Positions 1 to 8,957 of a stretch of DNA of 64,000 nt are shown piece by piece. Both the position numbers and the translations under genes were made by a program. The stretch is from Legionellales bacterium (GTDB lineage Bacteria; Pseudomonadota; Gammaproteobacteria; JAGOUN01): NCBI GenBank assembly GCA_027486005.1, contig JAIXPZ010000042.1:2894-66893 (forward strand), in the 5' to 3' direction. The notes under the pieces were generated by a model, which saw only the letters and a list, made by a program, of their open reading frames with translations, searched no databases and was not told where the DNA came from. Numbering within the stretch: the first letter of the stretch is position 1; each line of letters opens with the position of its first letter.

Positions 1-1495
1 AAACAAACGGATTTGATCCCTCAGGAAATAGTTTCTGTAAATGTTCGTGTTCCTGTAATAAACGATGAAAACCATCATAATCTGTTGTATATAATTCTTG
101 TAAGAGAAAAAATAAATTATCATAGATCGTTTTCTTGTAATGAACATTTTTTATGCTTTTTGTGGTTTTTAAACTATTAGCCACTTCTTCAGATGCTTTT
201 TCTAATGCCTTAATGTGATTATCTCTTTCTGTAACATTATGTAATGCATCCAGAGAAATATTAGCTTTTTTATAACTTGCTTGGCTAAAAATAGGTAGCT
301 TTATTTCATCCAGGTTACAATGCCGATTTCTTTCCGGCTTACTCCACCGTGTCGTTAAATAAGTAACACCGCGATACTGAGCAATAAAAAATTTTGTTTT
401 TAACCCTTGAATACGCAATAAAAATGATTCTAAATTTCCTTTGCTAGCTCTAAATGCTGTATTTAAACTCATTAAGTCATTTCTGGTTTGTGCTACATCA
501 TCCATATTTTCAATTTTTACTCTTTCTGCTTTGCTAAATAAACTCGAAGGATCGTTTGCGCTGATATTTAAGTCTCCTTTGTTTGCACGTTTTGTTTTTA
601 CTTGATAAATCATTTTAGTTCTATTTGCTTTTTCTGAGAATTTATCCGCCTCTAATAATGTTCCATTTCTTTCTTTTACACTTTTTGTAGAAAATAGTGT
701 TTCTTCTTCTGAATCTGATGTATCAGATAAGTAAGAGCCAAAAAAAGTTCCTTGCATTGCTTCTACAGCCCGAATTTTAGAATCAAAATCTTGTAGAATA
801 ATATTAAATTTTGATATGATTTTTCTAACCTGCCCTTGGTCTTTAGAACTTTTAACAACGCCTATATCGCTTAATTCTTCTTCTGGTAGAGATTTTTCAT
901 ATATCTCACCATCTATTGACCAGAACGCGGTTAAAAATCCATTTTTTTGTTGCAAAAAAATTGTTTCTGAGTCAATAGATGTTGGTTTCTCTTTCTTTTC
1001 TGACAGAAACTGTAATTTAAATCTATCTCGCAAAGAATAACTAATGTAGTGATCGTCAATTAACGTAAGATAGTGATGTAATAAATTAAAGTTTTTCTCA
1101 TTTCCACGAAGATTTTCATATAGAAGAGAGGTAATCAATTTGTTTTCTAATATTTCTCGAGTATCTCCTTGTACTATTTCTATCAATCTCTTAGATTGAG
1201 CGGTATAAAAAACAAGCCATGTTCCTGTTTCAGGGTGCTTGCGTGAAAATGCAATTACATACGGCAAATATTGATCTAATTGTGGATGGAGTGAGTTTCC
1301 TGGGATGGAAGGATCAGCGCCTGCCATAATCAGCCGATGAATAGCTTGAAGATTTCCATGATACGAAAACCAATACAGAAGAGTATTACCTGATACGTCA
1401 GTAATGTTTATATTGGAATTGTTTAACAGAAACTCATTAAGCCATATTAAGTCTGTATCATCAGCTATTTTTGTCAGAATAGTGTAAGTTAGCAT
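1..1495 (-). CDS. N-terminal ankyrin-repeat protein, runs off the window; possible ADP-ribosyltransferase-like domain; effector-like
   Basis: Not in ORF track because it is open at the left edge. Manual translation from ATG 1495: MLTYTILTK...NINITDVSGNTLLYWFSYHGNLQAIHRLIMAGADP (ankyrin), later AQYRG, ending EGSNPFV at the window edge. Confidence 0.75.
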   Translation of the reverse strand, partial: MLTYTILTKIADDTDLIWLNEFLLNNSNINITDVSGNTLLYWFSYHGNLQAIHRLIMAGADPSIPGNSLHPQLDQYLPYVIAFSRKHPETGTWLVFYTAQSKRLIEIVQGDTREILENKLITSLLYENLRGNEKNFNLLHHYLTLIDDHYISYSLRDRFKLQFLSEKKEKPTSIDSETIFLQQKNGFLTAFWSIDGEIYEKSLPEEELSDIGVVKSSKDQGQVRKIISKFNIILQDFDSKIRAVEAMQGTFFGSYLSDTSDSEEETLFSTKSVKERNGTLLEADKFSEKANRTKMIYQVKTKRANKGDLNISANDPSSLFSKAERVKIENMDDVAQTRNDLMSLNTAFRASKGNLESFLLRIQGLKTKFFIAQYRGVTYLTTRWSKPERNRHCNLDEIKLPIFSQASYKKANISLDALHNVTERDNHIKALEKASEEVANSLKTTKSIKNVHYKKTIYDNLFFLLQELYTTDYDGFHRLLQEHEHLQKLFPEGSNPFV

Positions 1496-1631
1496 CGCTT
1501 TTACCCAGCTTAAGTCTGCAAAAACTATACATTAATTTACGATATAATTATATAAGACTCAATCCTTTATTCTAACTTAATATAAATGATTATTTATCAA
1601 TACGTTGAATATTAATCAATACCTAACAGTA

Positions 1632-1659
1632 TTGACTAATAGAGGGTTATCGATATAAT
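1632..1659 (+). promoter_or_regulatory. sigma70-like promoter upstream of the abiF RNA repeats
   Basis: TTGACT (1632-1637), 16 bp, TATAAT (1654-1659); IHF-consensus TATCAATACGTTG at 1595-1607. Confidence 0.5.
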
Positions 1660-1712
1660 ATACTGAAGTGAATACTGTTTAACGGGCTGGTTTTTGATAT
1701 ACTGGCCGTTAT

Positions 1713-1761
1713 CATGCCCATTACGCCTCTCAAAGAAGCGGACCAGAGTGGGTTATTTTTT
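1713..1761 (+). ncRNA. abiF-type structured RNA (putative RNA antitoxin), copy 1
   Basis: CATGCCCATTACGCCTCTCAAAGAAGCGGACCAGAGTGGGTTATTTTTT: outer stem GCCCATT/AGTGGGT, inner CGC/GCG, U-tract; near-identical to copy 2 with compensatory changes. Confidence 0.6.
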
Positions 1762-1811
1762 ATCAGCTTCTGATTGGCAAAAGCCATGGTTTGTTATATA
1801 ATGACTTTGAC

Positions 1812-1858
1812 CATGCCCGCCACGCCACTCAAAGAAGCGCACCACGGTGGGTTTTTTT
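1812..1858 (+). ncRNA. abiF-type structured RNA (putative RNA antitoxin), copy 2
   Basis: CATGCCCGCCACGCCACTCAAAGAAGCGCACCACGGTGGGTTTTTTT: outer stem GCCCGCC/GGTGGGT; directly abuts the ATG of the Abi_2 gene; TATAAT at 1797-1802 just upstream. Confidence 0.65.
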
Positions 1859-2764
1859 ATGTCTACTACTTTTCAAAAGCCTTCAATCACCGTCCAAGAG
1901 CAGCTCCATTTTTTAGCGCAACAGGGCTTAATTATTACGGATCAACAAGAAGCTAAACATGTTTTATCCATGATTGGCTATTATCGATTCTCGGGTTACC
2001 TGCTTCCTTATAAACAAGATCATTCCTCTACAAAACCACGCTTATTTATAGCCAATACAAAATTTGAAGATATTTGGCAGCTTTATCGTTTCGATCAAGA
2101 ATTACGTGCGCTGCTATCTTGTGCAACTGAAAAGATAGAAATTGCATTTCGCGCTGCGCTTGTTAATACCACCAGCACTGAATTAAGCCCATTCTGGTAT
2201 GCAGATAAAACCTTTCATCGACAACAGAGAACTTTTGAAGGCTTTATGAAGCACGTAAATCAAGTGCTGGATATGAGTCATGATATTTTTATAAAGCATT
2301 ACGTAGACAAGTATGATTCACCAAAATATCCGCCCATCTGGATGATTATTGAAACCTTATCATTTGGAACATGCTCAAAATTATTCAACAACATAACATC
2401 AGTAGCATTAAGAAAAAAAATCGCAAAACAGTTTGATCAACACCCTACTATACTATCTTCTTGGATACATTCTTTAACGTTTACAAGAAACATTTGCGCT
2501 CATCATGCGCGATTGTGGAATCGTTGGTTAGTGAATTCTCCCATGATTCCAAAACATGAACCTTTACGAGATGCCTTTTTAACTACAAAAGAGTATCGGT
2601 TTCATCTGATTGCTTATGTTGTCCAAAAGTTGCTGAAGGTTGTTGATCCTGAATTCAACTGGCAGAAGTCACTCTATGATTTATTTAGTCGATATCCTTC
2701 TTACCCGGGAATTGAAATGGGATTTCAAAAAGACTGGCAAAACGATCCTTTTTGGAAATTATAA
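1859..2764 (+). CDS. Abi family protein (Abi_2 / AbiD-AbiF, HEPN RNase)
   Basis: Motifs IGYYRFSGY, LYRFDQELR, PPIWMIIETLSFG, and HEPN RNICAHH. Likely start ATG 1859 (MSTTFQKP) rather than 1847. Confidence 0.9.
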   Translation: MSTTFQKPSITVQEQLHFLAQQGLIITDQQEAKHVLSMIGYYRFSGYLLPYKQDHSSTKPRLFIANTKFEDIWQLYRFDQELRALLSCATEKIEIAFRAALVNTTSTELSPFWYADKTFHRQQRTFEGFMKHVNQVLDMSHDIFIKHYVDKYDSPKYPPIWMIIETLSFGTCSKLFNNITSVALRKKIAKQFDQHPTILSSWIHSLTFTRNICAHHARLWNRWLVNSPMIPKHEPLRDAFLTTKEYRFHLIAYVVQKLLKVVDPEFNWQKSLYDLFSRYPSYPGIEMGFQKDWQNDPFWKL

Positions 2765-4009
2765 ATGTCTCAACGTTATCCTCATCCTTTGCCGTTCTTA
2801 GATTCTTTAGAGAATATAGAAAACTGGCCGCTTGCTAAAGATTGCTTGTCGGATGACTTTCAAAAAGATCTTGCCTCAGTAAAAGAGTTTTTATTTCAGT
2901 ATCGTGGCAGTCAAGCCACATTTGAAGTCTATCGACGAGAAATAGAGCGCGTCTTGCAATGGTGTTGGCGTATTAAAAATACGTCATTGCTTACTTTAAA
3001 GCGCATAGATATTGAAGTCTATTTGGATTTTTGCCAAAAACCGCCGCAATCTTGGATCGGCATAAAGCAAGAATTACGCACAAGCTATTGGCAGGGTGAA
3101 AAAATTGCAAATAAAAGATGGCGACCTTTTTTAGCAAAAGTAAGCAAGGCAGAGCGCAAAGAAGGCGCAGAGCCTAATAAAAAGCAGTATCAATTATCCC
3201 AAGCGGGTATCAGCGATATTTTCAAAGTGCTCAATAGTTTTTATCAATCATGCTTGCAAGAAGAAAAAGTGCTCGCCAATCCTGTGGCGCTGATTCGTCA
3301 AAAAAGTAAATACATTCGTCAAAAACAAACAAAAACTAGCGTCAGGCGCTTAACAACAGAACAATGGCAAACTTGCCTCGTCACCGCACAGCAAATGGCA
3401 GAAGATAACCCTGAATCACATGCGCGAACTTTATTTATTATTTCCTCTCTCTATTATCTCTACTTACGTATTTCAGAATTAATTTCTTCTGAACGTTGGA
3501 CTCCACAAATGAAGCATTTTTATCAGGATAGCCAAAAACAATGGTGGTTTAAGACGGTTGGAAAAGGAAATAAAGAGCGCGATATTGCGGTCTCTCAAGA
3601 AATGTTAGCGGCCCTTAAAGCATATCGAAAACACCGTGGTCTCTCCCCTCTTCTACCGACACTGAATGACGATGCATCGCTACTTCATAGTTTACGCGGC
3701 AATGAGAACATCACAAGCCGTGGCGTAATTCAGCGTGCTGTACAAGAGTGCTTTGATCAAACTATTGAGAATTTAAAACAAAAAAGTAAATTAGATGAGG
3801 CTGAATCACTGGCTCATGCTTCTGCGCACTGGTTACGGCACACGGGAATTTCGGATGATATTAATGAACGTCAGCGGCCTTTGGCGCATGTGAGAGATGA
3901 TGCTGGTCACGCTTCAATAGTGACCACAGATTGTTATAATGATATCGAGTTAACAGAACGCTATAAATCTGCGAGGAAAAAAACTTCTAAACAGAAAAAA
4001 GATAAGTAA
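2765..4009 (+). CDS. tyrosine recombinase / site-specific integrase
   Basis: LRISE, GKGNKER, HWLRHT, AGH and terminal Y motifs. ATG directly follows the Abi stop codon. Confidence 0.9.
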   Translation: MSQRYPHPLPFLDSLENIENWPLAKDCLSDDFQKDLASVKEFLFQYRGSQATFEVYRREIERVLQWCWRIKNTSLLTLKRIDIEVYLDFCQKPPQSWIGIKQELRTSYWQGEKIANKRWRPFLAKVSKAERKEGAEPNKKQYQLSQAGISDIFKVLNSFYQSCLQEEKVLANPVALIRQKSKYIRQKQTKTSVRRLTTEQWQTCLVTAQQMAEDNPESHARTLFIISSLYYLYLRISELISSERWTPQMKHFYQDSQKQWWFKTVGKGNKERDIAVSQEMLAALKAYRKHRGLSPLLPTLNDDASLLHSLRGNENITSRGVIQRAVQECFDQTIENLKQKSKLDEAESLAHASAHWLRHTGISDDINERQRPLAHVRDDAGHASIVTTDCYNDIELTERYKSARKKTSKQKKDK

Positions 4010-4344
4010 CAAAATCATTGGTCGAATAACAAATATTCAATGCTAAATTTAAATTACGGCTCTCTGAGAGTTAAAGCAGCGGGCATCGTAGCAACAACAG
4101 ATTTTTCTACAAATATCTACTTTTTGAATCAGCATTACTACAAATAGTTGAATAGCTACGATATAGACTGCTGAAAATGGAGATTAATGCCGAAAAAAGC
4201 ACAAACCACCCTATTACTATGACGATTAGGGCTATTATCGAATAAAATAATAGGCAAAGTAGCAGTGCTTCTCTACATTACTACATCTTCTACACTCGAA
4301 ATAGGGCGGAGCAGGTTCTGTATATTTTGTAGCCAACTAATTTT

Positions 4345-4380
4345 CAATAAGGGTGATAATAATATTTATCACCCCTATTG
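4345..4380. other. candidate tyrosine-recombinase core site (dif-like geometry)
   Basis: CAATAAGGGTGATAA-TAATAT-TTATCACCCCTATTG: 14/15-bp inverted arms around a 6-bp spacer with inner ATAA/TTAT, about 340 bp downstream of the integrase. Confidence 0.45.
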
Positions 4381-4507
4381 TCAATCGCCCAGTGTCTAAT
4401 TCAAATCATAGATTGCACCACTGCCTATAAAAAATATAAGATCAAGCAATATGCGTGACTACTTTTTGTATATTGAAAACTACAAGACCGAACAACGAGG
4501 GCATCAT

Positions 4508-5035
4508 TTAATTTTTAAAATGCGTATTCAAAATTTGTTCCACCAAAGGCTCTGATAATTTCCCCTCAAATTCTTTAAGGTTTGTTCTAGCTATCACTCT
4601 CCACCTTTTCAATTGGATTTTTGCAAACCATTTATATTTGCATATAAATTTCTTAAAATTTTCATCTTCTATATATTTTAAATCAAAGTGTTGTTGAATA
4701 TTTTCACTATACCCTATCGTTGACGGAGTTGGATTTATTGAAGAATTTTTTAGCTCTAAAGTGGGATTTATCAGAATTCTCACTGCTTTAGATTTTTTAG
4801 GCTTGAATGCAAAATTAGTTACCAGAATGGATTGATATCCGACGTTAACGCAATACAACATTAAATATTGCTGATTATCTGGATATAAAACACCTATGGT
4901 TGCAAAAACTGATAACTTTGGTTGCTTATCTTTATAACCAAGAAATCCAAACCATAAAGCAACCACTACTGCCCCCACTGTACCCACGGCAGTAAATATA
5001 TTACAAACTATACTAATAATTTGATCAATGCTCAT
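4508..5035 (-). CDS. hypothetical protein with N-terminal transmembrane helix
   Basis: 175-aa ORF; hydrophobic AVGTVGAVVVALWFGFLG segment. Confidence 0.7.
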   Translation of the reverse strand: MSIDQIISIVCNIFTAVGTVGAVVVALWFGFLGYKDKQPKLSVFATIGVLYPDNQQYLMLYCVNVGYQSILVTNFAFKPKKSKAVRILINPTLELKNSSINPTPSTIGYSENIQQHFDLKYIEDENFKKFICKYKWFAKIQLKRWRVIARTNLKEFEGKLSEPLVEQILNTHFKN

Positions 5036-5111
5036 TGTTAATTTCTTAAAAAGATTGAAGCTTAATATTAACAGAGTTAATAATAATTTTCACTCTTCAT
5101 CTTTTTCGAAA

Positions 5112-7148
5112 CTATTTTTTTACAAAATTTTGATGATTGACTACAATATCAGTTGTAAGCTTACTTCTTCTCGTCAAAAGAGCTGCCTGAATAATGGGTG
5201 AAGTTTCTTTATCCTTTCTGAGAGCTCTATATTTTTTTAGCTCATCCTGGGTTGGTTGTGGTTGGAGAGAAAATATAGAGCTATATGTCAATACTTTACT
5301 TTCAGATTTCCCATGCTGCTCATTTAATTCCGCCCATTCAAAGCGATAATTCTGAGCCATGTACATAAACTTTCTATTCACAACAGCGTTATCAGACTCA
5401 ACCTGCTTGAAGCCAGCCGTAGCAAACAGTGCATACCTAGTATCATATTTCGCTTTCTTTTGATTCCATTTTTGATCTCCTTTGCTTTTCTTATATTCTG
5501 CAAAATCATTTTTTAGAATAGTATTTTCTATATGATTATACCCATAAACCCAATATGACACAGCAGATAGTTTATGCCCCATTTGTATTGCTGGCTTACC
5601 GTTAGAACGTTTTTCATTTAGACTGACCCACTCACGATCTGACGCATCATTTTTTCTAATAGATACTTCCCAATTTTCCCAGTCCTGAATCCACTCTTGT
5701 CTGTTAACCTTGTTGCCAATATATCTAGCTTTTGCTCGCAATGCCCATCGATACAAAACTTCCTGACAAACCAAATTATTTTTACCACCCAGTTCATCTT
5801 TACTAACAGATGGGTTTTTCCCCAACGTATATCCTCTAGCCTCTCCTTCGTCATATTGTGATATATCAGATAAAGATACGAAGTCAAAAACACCACCGGC
5901 CACCTCTAACAATTCACTTTTTCGCCACTGAGTGATCAGTTCATCTGTATTTGAGTTATCATGCTGTTCACATATTTCAGCAATATACAAAGATTGTTTT
6001 TTGTTGTGTCCCGTGTTTTGATGCAACGCATAAACATCATCACTCTCATTAAAATATGGCGAGCCTGAGAAACTAAATCCTGTCTGTTGAAAGGTTTCTT
6101 GATGAGTACCGATCAATGCCAACGCTGTGCTTTGTGGTATATGATTGGTAAAATACATTTCTTCATCACTATCATAACCAATAAAGGTAAAAGATGCAGG
6201 TTGTCTATCAGAGGATAATTTTGGAATAAATTCATTATTAACCGGTGTCTTTAAACGCAACACAGCATAATCTAATTGCATATGGCTGCCGTCTTCAATT
6301 AACCCGGAAACTTCAACCCCTAAATCAGCATTAAACATGCCTGCAATAGTTCTTAATCCTGTTGAGTGACTTAATAAGTAAGAAAATACTTCTCCAGAAA
6401 TCACCGTGAAACTATGATTTAAAAAATTGAAAAAAGTATTAATCATTGGTGGTGAGAAAGTTAAAAGCCATCTTGTCCATTCCTGCAATGCTTGTAAATA
6501 AGCAATACCTGCGCCACTTCTCTCAGTATTAATATTCGAAGAAGAGGCTGGTGGTATATTTTCTTGAATAATACTTGAGGGAAATACAATTTTTAATTCG
6601 TTCAGTTTAATTCCATTAAGAACATGGCGTGACGTTATAATCATGTTCTTACCAATCAAAAAACAGGTGCCAACACCCATTCCACTTGCGGTAACTAATC
6701 CAACACAACTTTTACTTTTTTTTAATTGATGAACAACTTGATCATGCTCATCAAATTTAAGTTGTGATTCTATATAAAAATTAACATTGTATAAATCACC
6801 ACCTAAGGGTTTACTTGACACCGCTGTTGGCATAAACATACTAGCGTTTGGATCATAAGCTTCAATAATTCTATCGCTAATATTGTTTGGAATATGTCCG
6901 ATTTCTCTGCTTGTTTTCGCACCACGACTTTTCAAAAACTGTACTTTACTAGAATACAGAGGTAAGGATAATGCAACATCCAAAATAGTATTACCTGTTT
7001 GACTCAAAGCATTAACATCTCCGCCCTTTTTCTGAAAAGCTATGACAATTTTTTTAAACTCTACATCAGATCTGTTTTGAGATAGTGCTCGAAATAATAT
7101 TGCACCATTATTAATAACATCCTGCTGATCTGGCGTAAGTTTAAACAT
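5112..7148 (-). CDS. ankyrin + trypsin-like serine protease + HNH/EndoVII (GH-E-like) nuclease fusion
   Basis: GGDVNALSQTGNTILDVAL (ankyrin); GTCFLIG..ITSRHV, DYAVL, FSGSP (trypsin triad); QMGHKLSAVSYW...FM...NYRFE...NEQHG (GH-E-type HNH). Confidence 0.7.
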   Translation of the reverse strand: MFKLTPDQQDVINNGAILFRALSQNRSDVEFKKIVIAFQKKGGDVNALSQTGNTILDVALSLPLYSSKVQFLKSRGAKTSREIGHIPNNISDRIIEAYDPNASMFMPTAVSSKPLGGDLYNVNFYIESQLKFDEHDQVVHQLKKSKSCVGLVTASGMGVGTCFLIGKNMIITSRHVLNGIKLNELKIVFPSSIIQENIPPASSSNINTERSGAGIAYLQALQEWTRWLLTFSPPMINTFFNFLNHSFTVISGEVFSYLLSHSTGLRTIAGMFNADLGVEVSGLIEDGSHMQLDYAVLRLKTPVNNEFIPKLSSDRQPASFTFIGYDSDEEMYFTNHIPQSTALALIGTHQETFQQTGFSFSGSPYFNESDDVYALHQNTGHNKKQSLYIAEICEQHDNSNTDELITQWRKSELLEVAGGVFDFVSLSDISQYDEGEARGYTLGKNPSVSKDELGGKNNLVCQEVLYRWALRAKARYIGNKVNRQEWIQDWENWEVSIRKNDASDREWVSLNEKRSNGKPAIQMGHKLSAVSYWVYGYNHIENTILKNDFAEYKKSKGDQKWNQKKAKYDTRYALFATAGFKQVESDNAVVNRKFMYMAQNYRFEWAELNEQHGKSESKVLTYSSIFSLQPQPTQDELKKYRALRKDKETSPIIQAALLTRRSKLTTDIVVNHQNFVKK

Positions 7149-7362
7149 ATAAATGCTCCTATTCTAATTTTGATCAATATATGGGTTACATAGCCACAGC
7201 GTTTGAGGTATACACTGCTTGTCAATTTAAGAAATACTACCACATAATGTACTCAATGCAGGCATGGGGAATATGTATCAAAAAATACCAAAAATCTTTC
7301 CTTTCCAAGCAAGAGAGATTTCACTACAATCCACTACATTCTAGCTTAAGCTGCACTACAAC

Positions 7363-8814
7363 ATGGAAAAAATCAATTGGCAAACGCCGATACCTTTGAT
7401 TATCAGCTCTGAAAGCTCCACGCCTGCGCCCTACCCTATTGATTCTTTACCCAAAGAAATCAGTACCCCAGTATTAAGCTATCAAAGCTATGGGCAACAA
7501 CCCGTAGCACTCATTGCTTGCGCGGCACTTGCAAATATATCCCTCGCTTGCCAGACGTTAGCTAATGTTGCACGTGATAGTTTACTTAAAAGCCCTACAT
7601 CTGTTTATTTTTTGATCAGCTGCCAAAGTGGAGAGCGCAAATCGGTCGTCGACCATTCTTTTGGTCAAGGTATTCGAGAATGGCAAGCTAAAACACGTGA
7701 AAAGCTAATGCCAAAAGTGATTGAAGCAACTGCGATATATTATGCTTGGAAAGCTGAGCGCGACGGTATTTTAAAACAAATACGACATGCAAATTCTGAG
7801 ATTTCGGCTGCTGACCTTCAATACCAATTGACAATTTTAGCTATGCAAGAACCCGAGATTCCATTATTACCAGAACTCTTTTTTGAAGATGTAACGCAAG
7901 AAGCTTTGATACATAACTTATCGCACGGATGGCCAAGCAGTTCGTTATGGTCGGATGAAGGCGGCATTGTACTATCAGGTGGTGGAATGCAAGCCAACGC
8001 AACAAAGTTTATCTCAACACTAAATCGTCTTTGGGATGGCAATTCATTTAACACCCATCGTAAAACGACTAAAAACAACACTGTCAAAAATCGACGTTTC
8101 ACGATGAGCTTAATGCTCCAACCTTTTCTTTTAGAGCACTTACTTAAAAAACAGGACTCAGTTGCACGTCAGAGTGGCTTTTTAGCACGCACGCTCATTT
8201 CACAACCGGCAAGCTCTATGGGGCAACGTTATTATCAAAGCCCGCCAGCCTCATTATCAGAATTAGATGATTTTCATGCAAGAATTAATGCTTGTTTAGA
8301 TGCCACTTTAGATTTAGATCATCATGGCTGTCATAAAATTCCAGTGCTGGAGTTTTCACCAAAGGCGAAAGAAAGATGGATAAAATTTTTTAACAACATA
8401 GAATCTGGAATAAATAAAGAAAATCATTGGAAATCCATGCCCGATTTCGCTAGTAAAGCAGCGGAAAATGTTGCGCGCCTCAGCGCCCTCTTCCATCTAT
8501 TTCTTGGTAAAGCTGGCGATATCAGTGCCGAGTCTGTGGAGCAAGCTGCCAACATTGTCTACTGGCATTTATTAGAAGCGAAGCGAATTTTTACACCGAC
8601 AGAACATCAAGAAAAACATCAAGAAGCGCAAAAAATATTGAACTGGCTTAAAACAAGAAATGTTACTCAAACATCTTCACGGCAATTACAACAATATGGC
8701 AATTTCCGCGATAAATATAAACGTGAAAATGCCATATGTACGCTCATTGAACATAATTATTTGATTGAAACTATCGAAAATGACAAAAAAATATTATTTG
8801 TTAACCCGGAGTAA
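7363..8814 (+). CDS. YfjI / DUF3987 family P-loop protein (replication/primase-helicase-related)
   Basis: YPIDSLP N-terminus, SGERKS P-loop, DEGG, LNRLWDG, QSGFLARTL, short C-terminal wHTH-like region. Confidence 0.85.
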   Translation: MEKINWQTPIPLIISSESSTPAPYPIDSLPKEISTPVLSYQSYGQQPVALIACAALANISLACQTLANVARDSLLKSPTSVYFLISCQSGERKSVVDHSFGQGIREWQAKTREKLMPKVIEATAIYYAWKAERDGILKQIRHANSEISAADLQYQLTILAMQEPEIPLLPELFFEDVTQEALIHNLSHGWPSSSLWSDEGGIVLSGGGMQANATKFISTLNRLWDGNSFNTHRKTTKNNTVKNRRFTMSLMLQPFLLEHLLKKQDSVARQSGFLARTLISQPASSMGQRYYQSPPASLSELDDFHARINACLDATLDLDHHGCHKIPVLEFSPKAKERWIKFFNNIESGINKENHWKSMPDFASKAAENVARLSALFHLFLGKAGDISAESVEQAANIVYWHLLEAKRIFTPTEHQEKHQEAQKILNWLKTRNVTQTSSRQLQQYGNFRDKYKRENAICTLIEHNYLIETIENDKKILFVNPE

Positions 8815-8957
8815 TTACTACGTTACTACATTCACTACAAAGTTAAATCCGCTATACTCACTTTATCAGTGCATAAAGCGTCTGATTTTGCAAAAGCAAG
8901 TTACAGCTTAGGGGCTGATTTATAATTGTGCCCCTAATCTGCATGTATTCTACGTAT

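Noticed and set aside
1713..1858. AbiF repeats as a true CRISPR array with a Cas13
   Set aside because: Only two units, the spacer contains a promoter-like element, and the protein is 301 aa with one HEPN motif.
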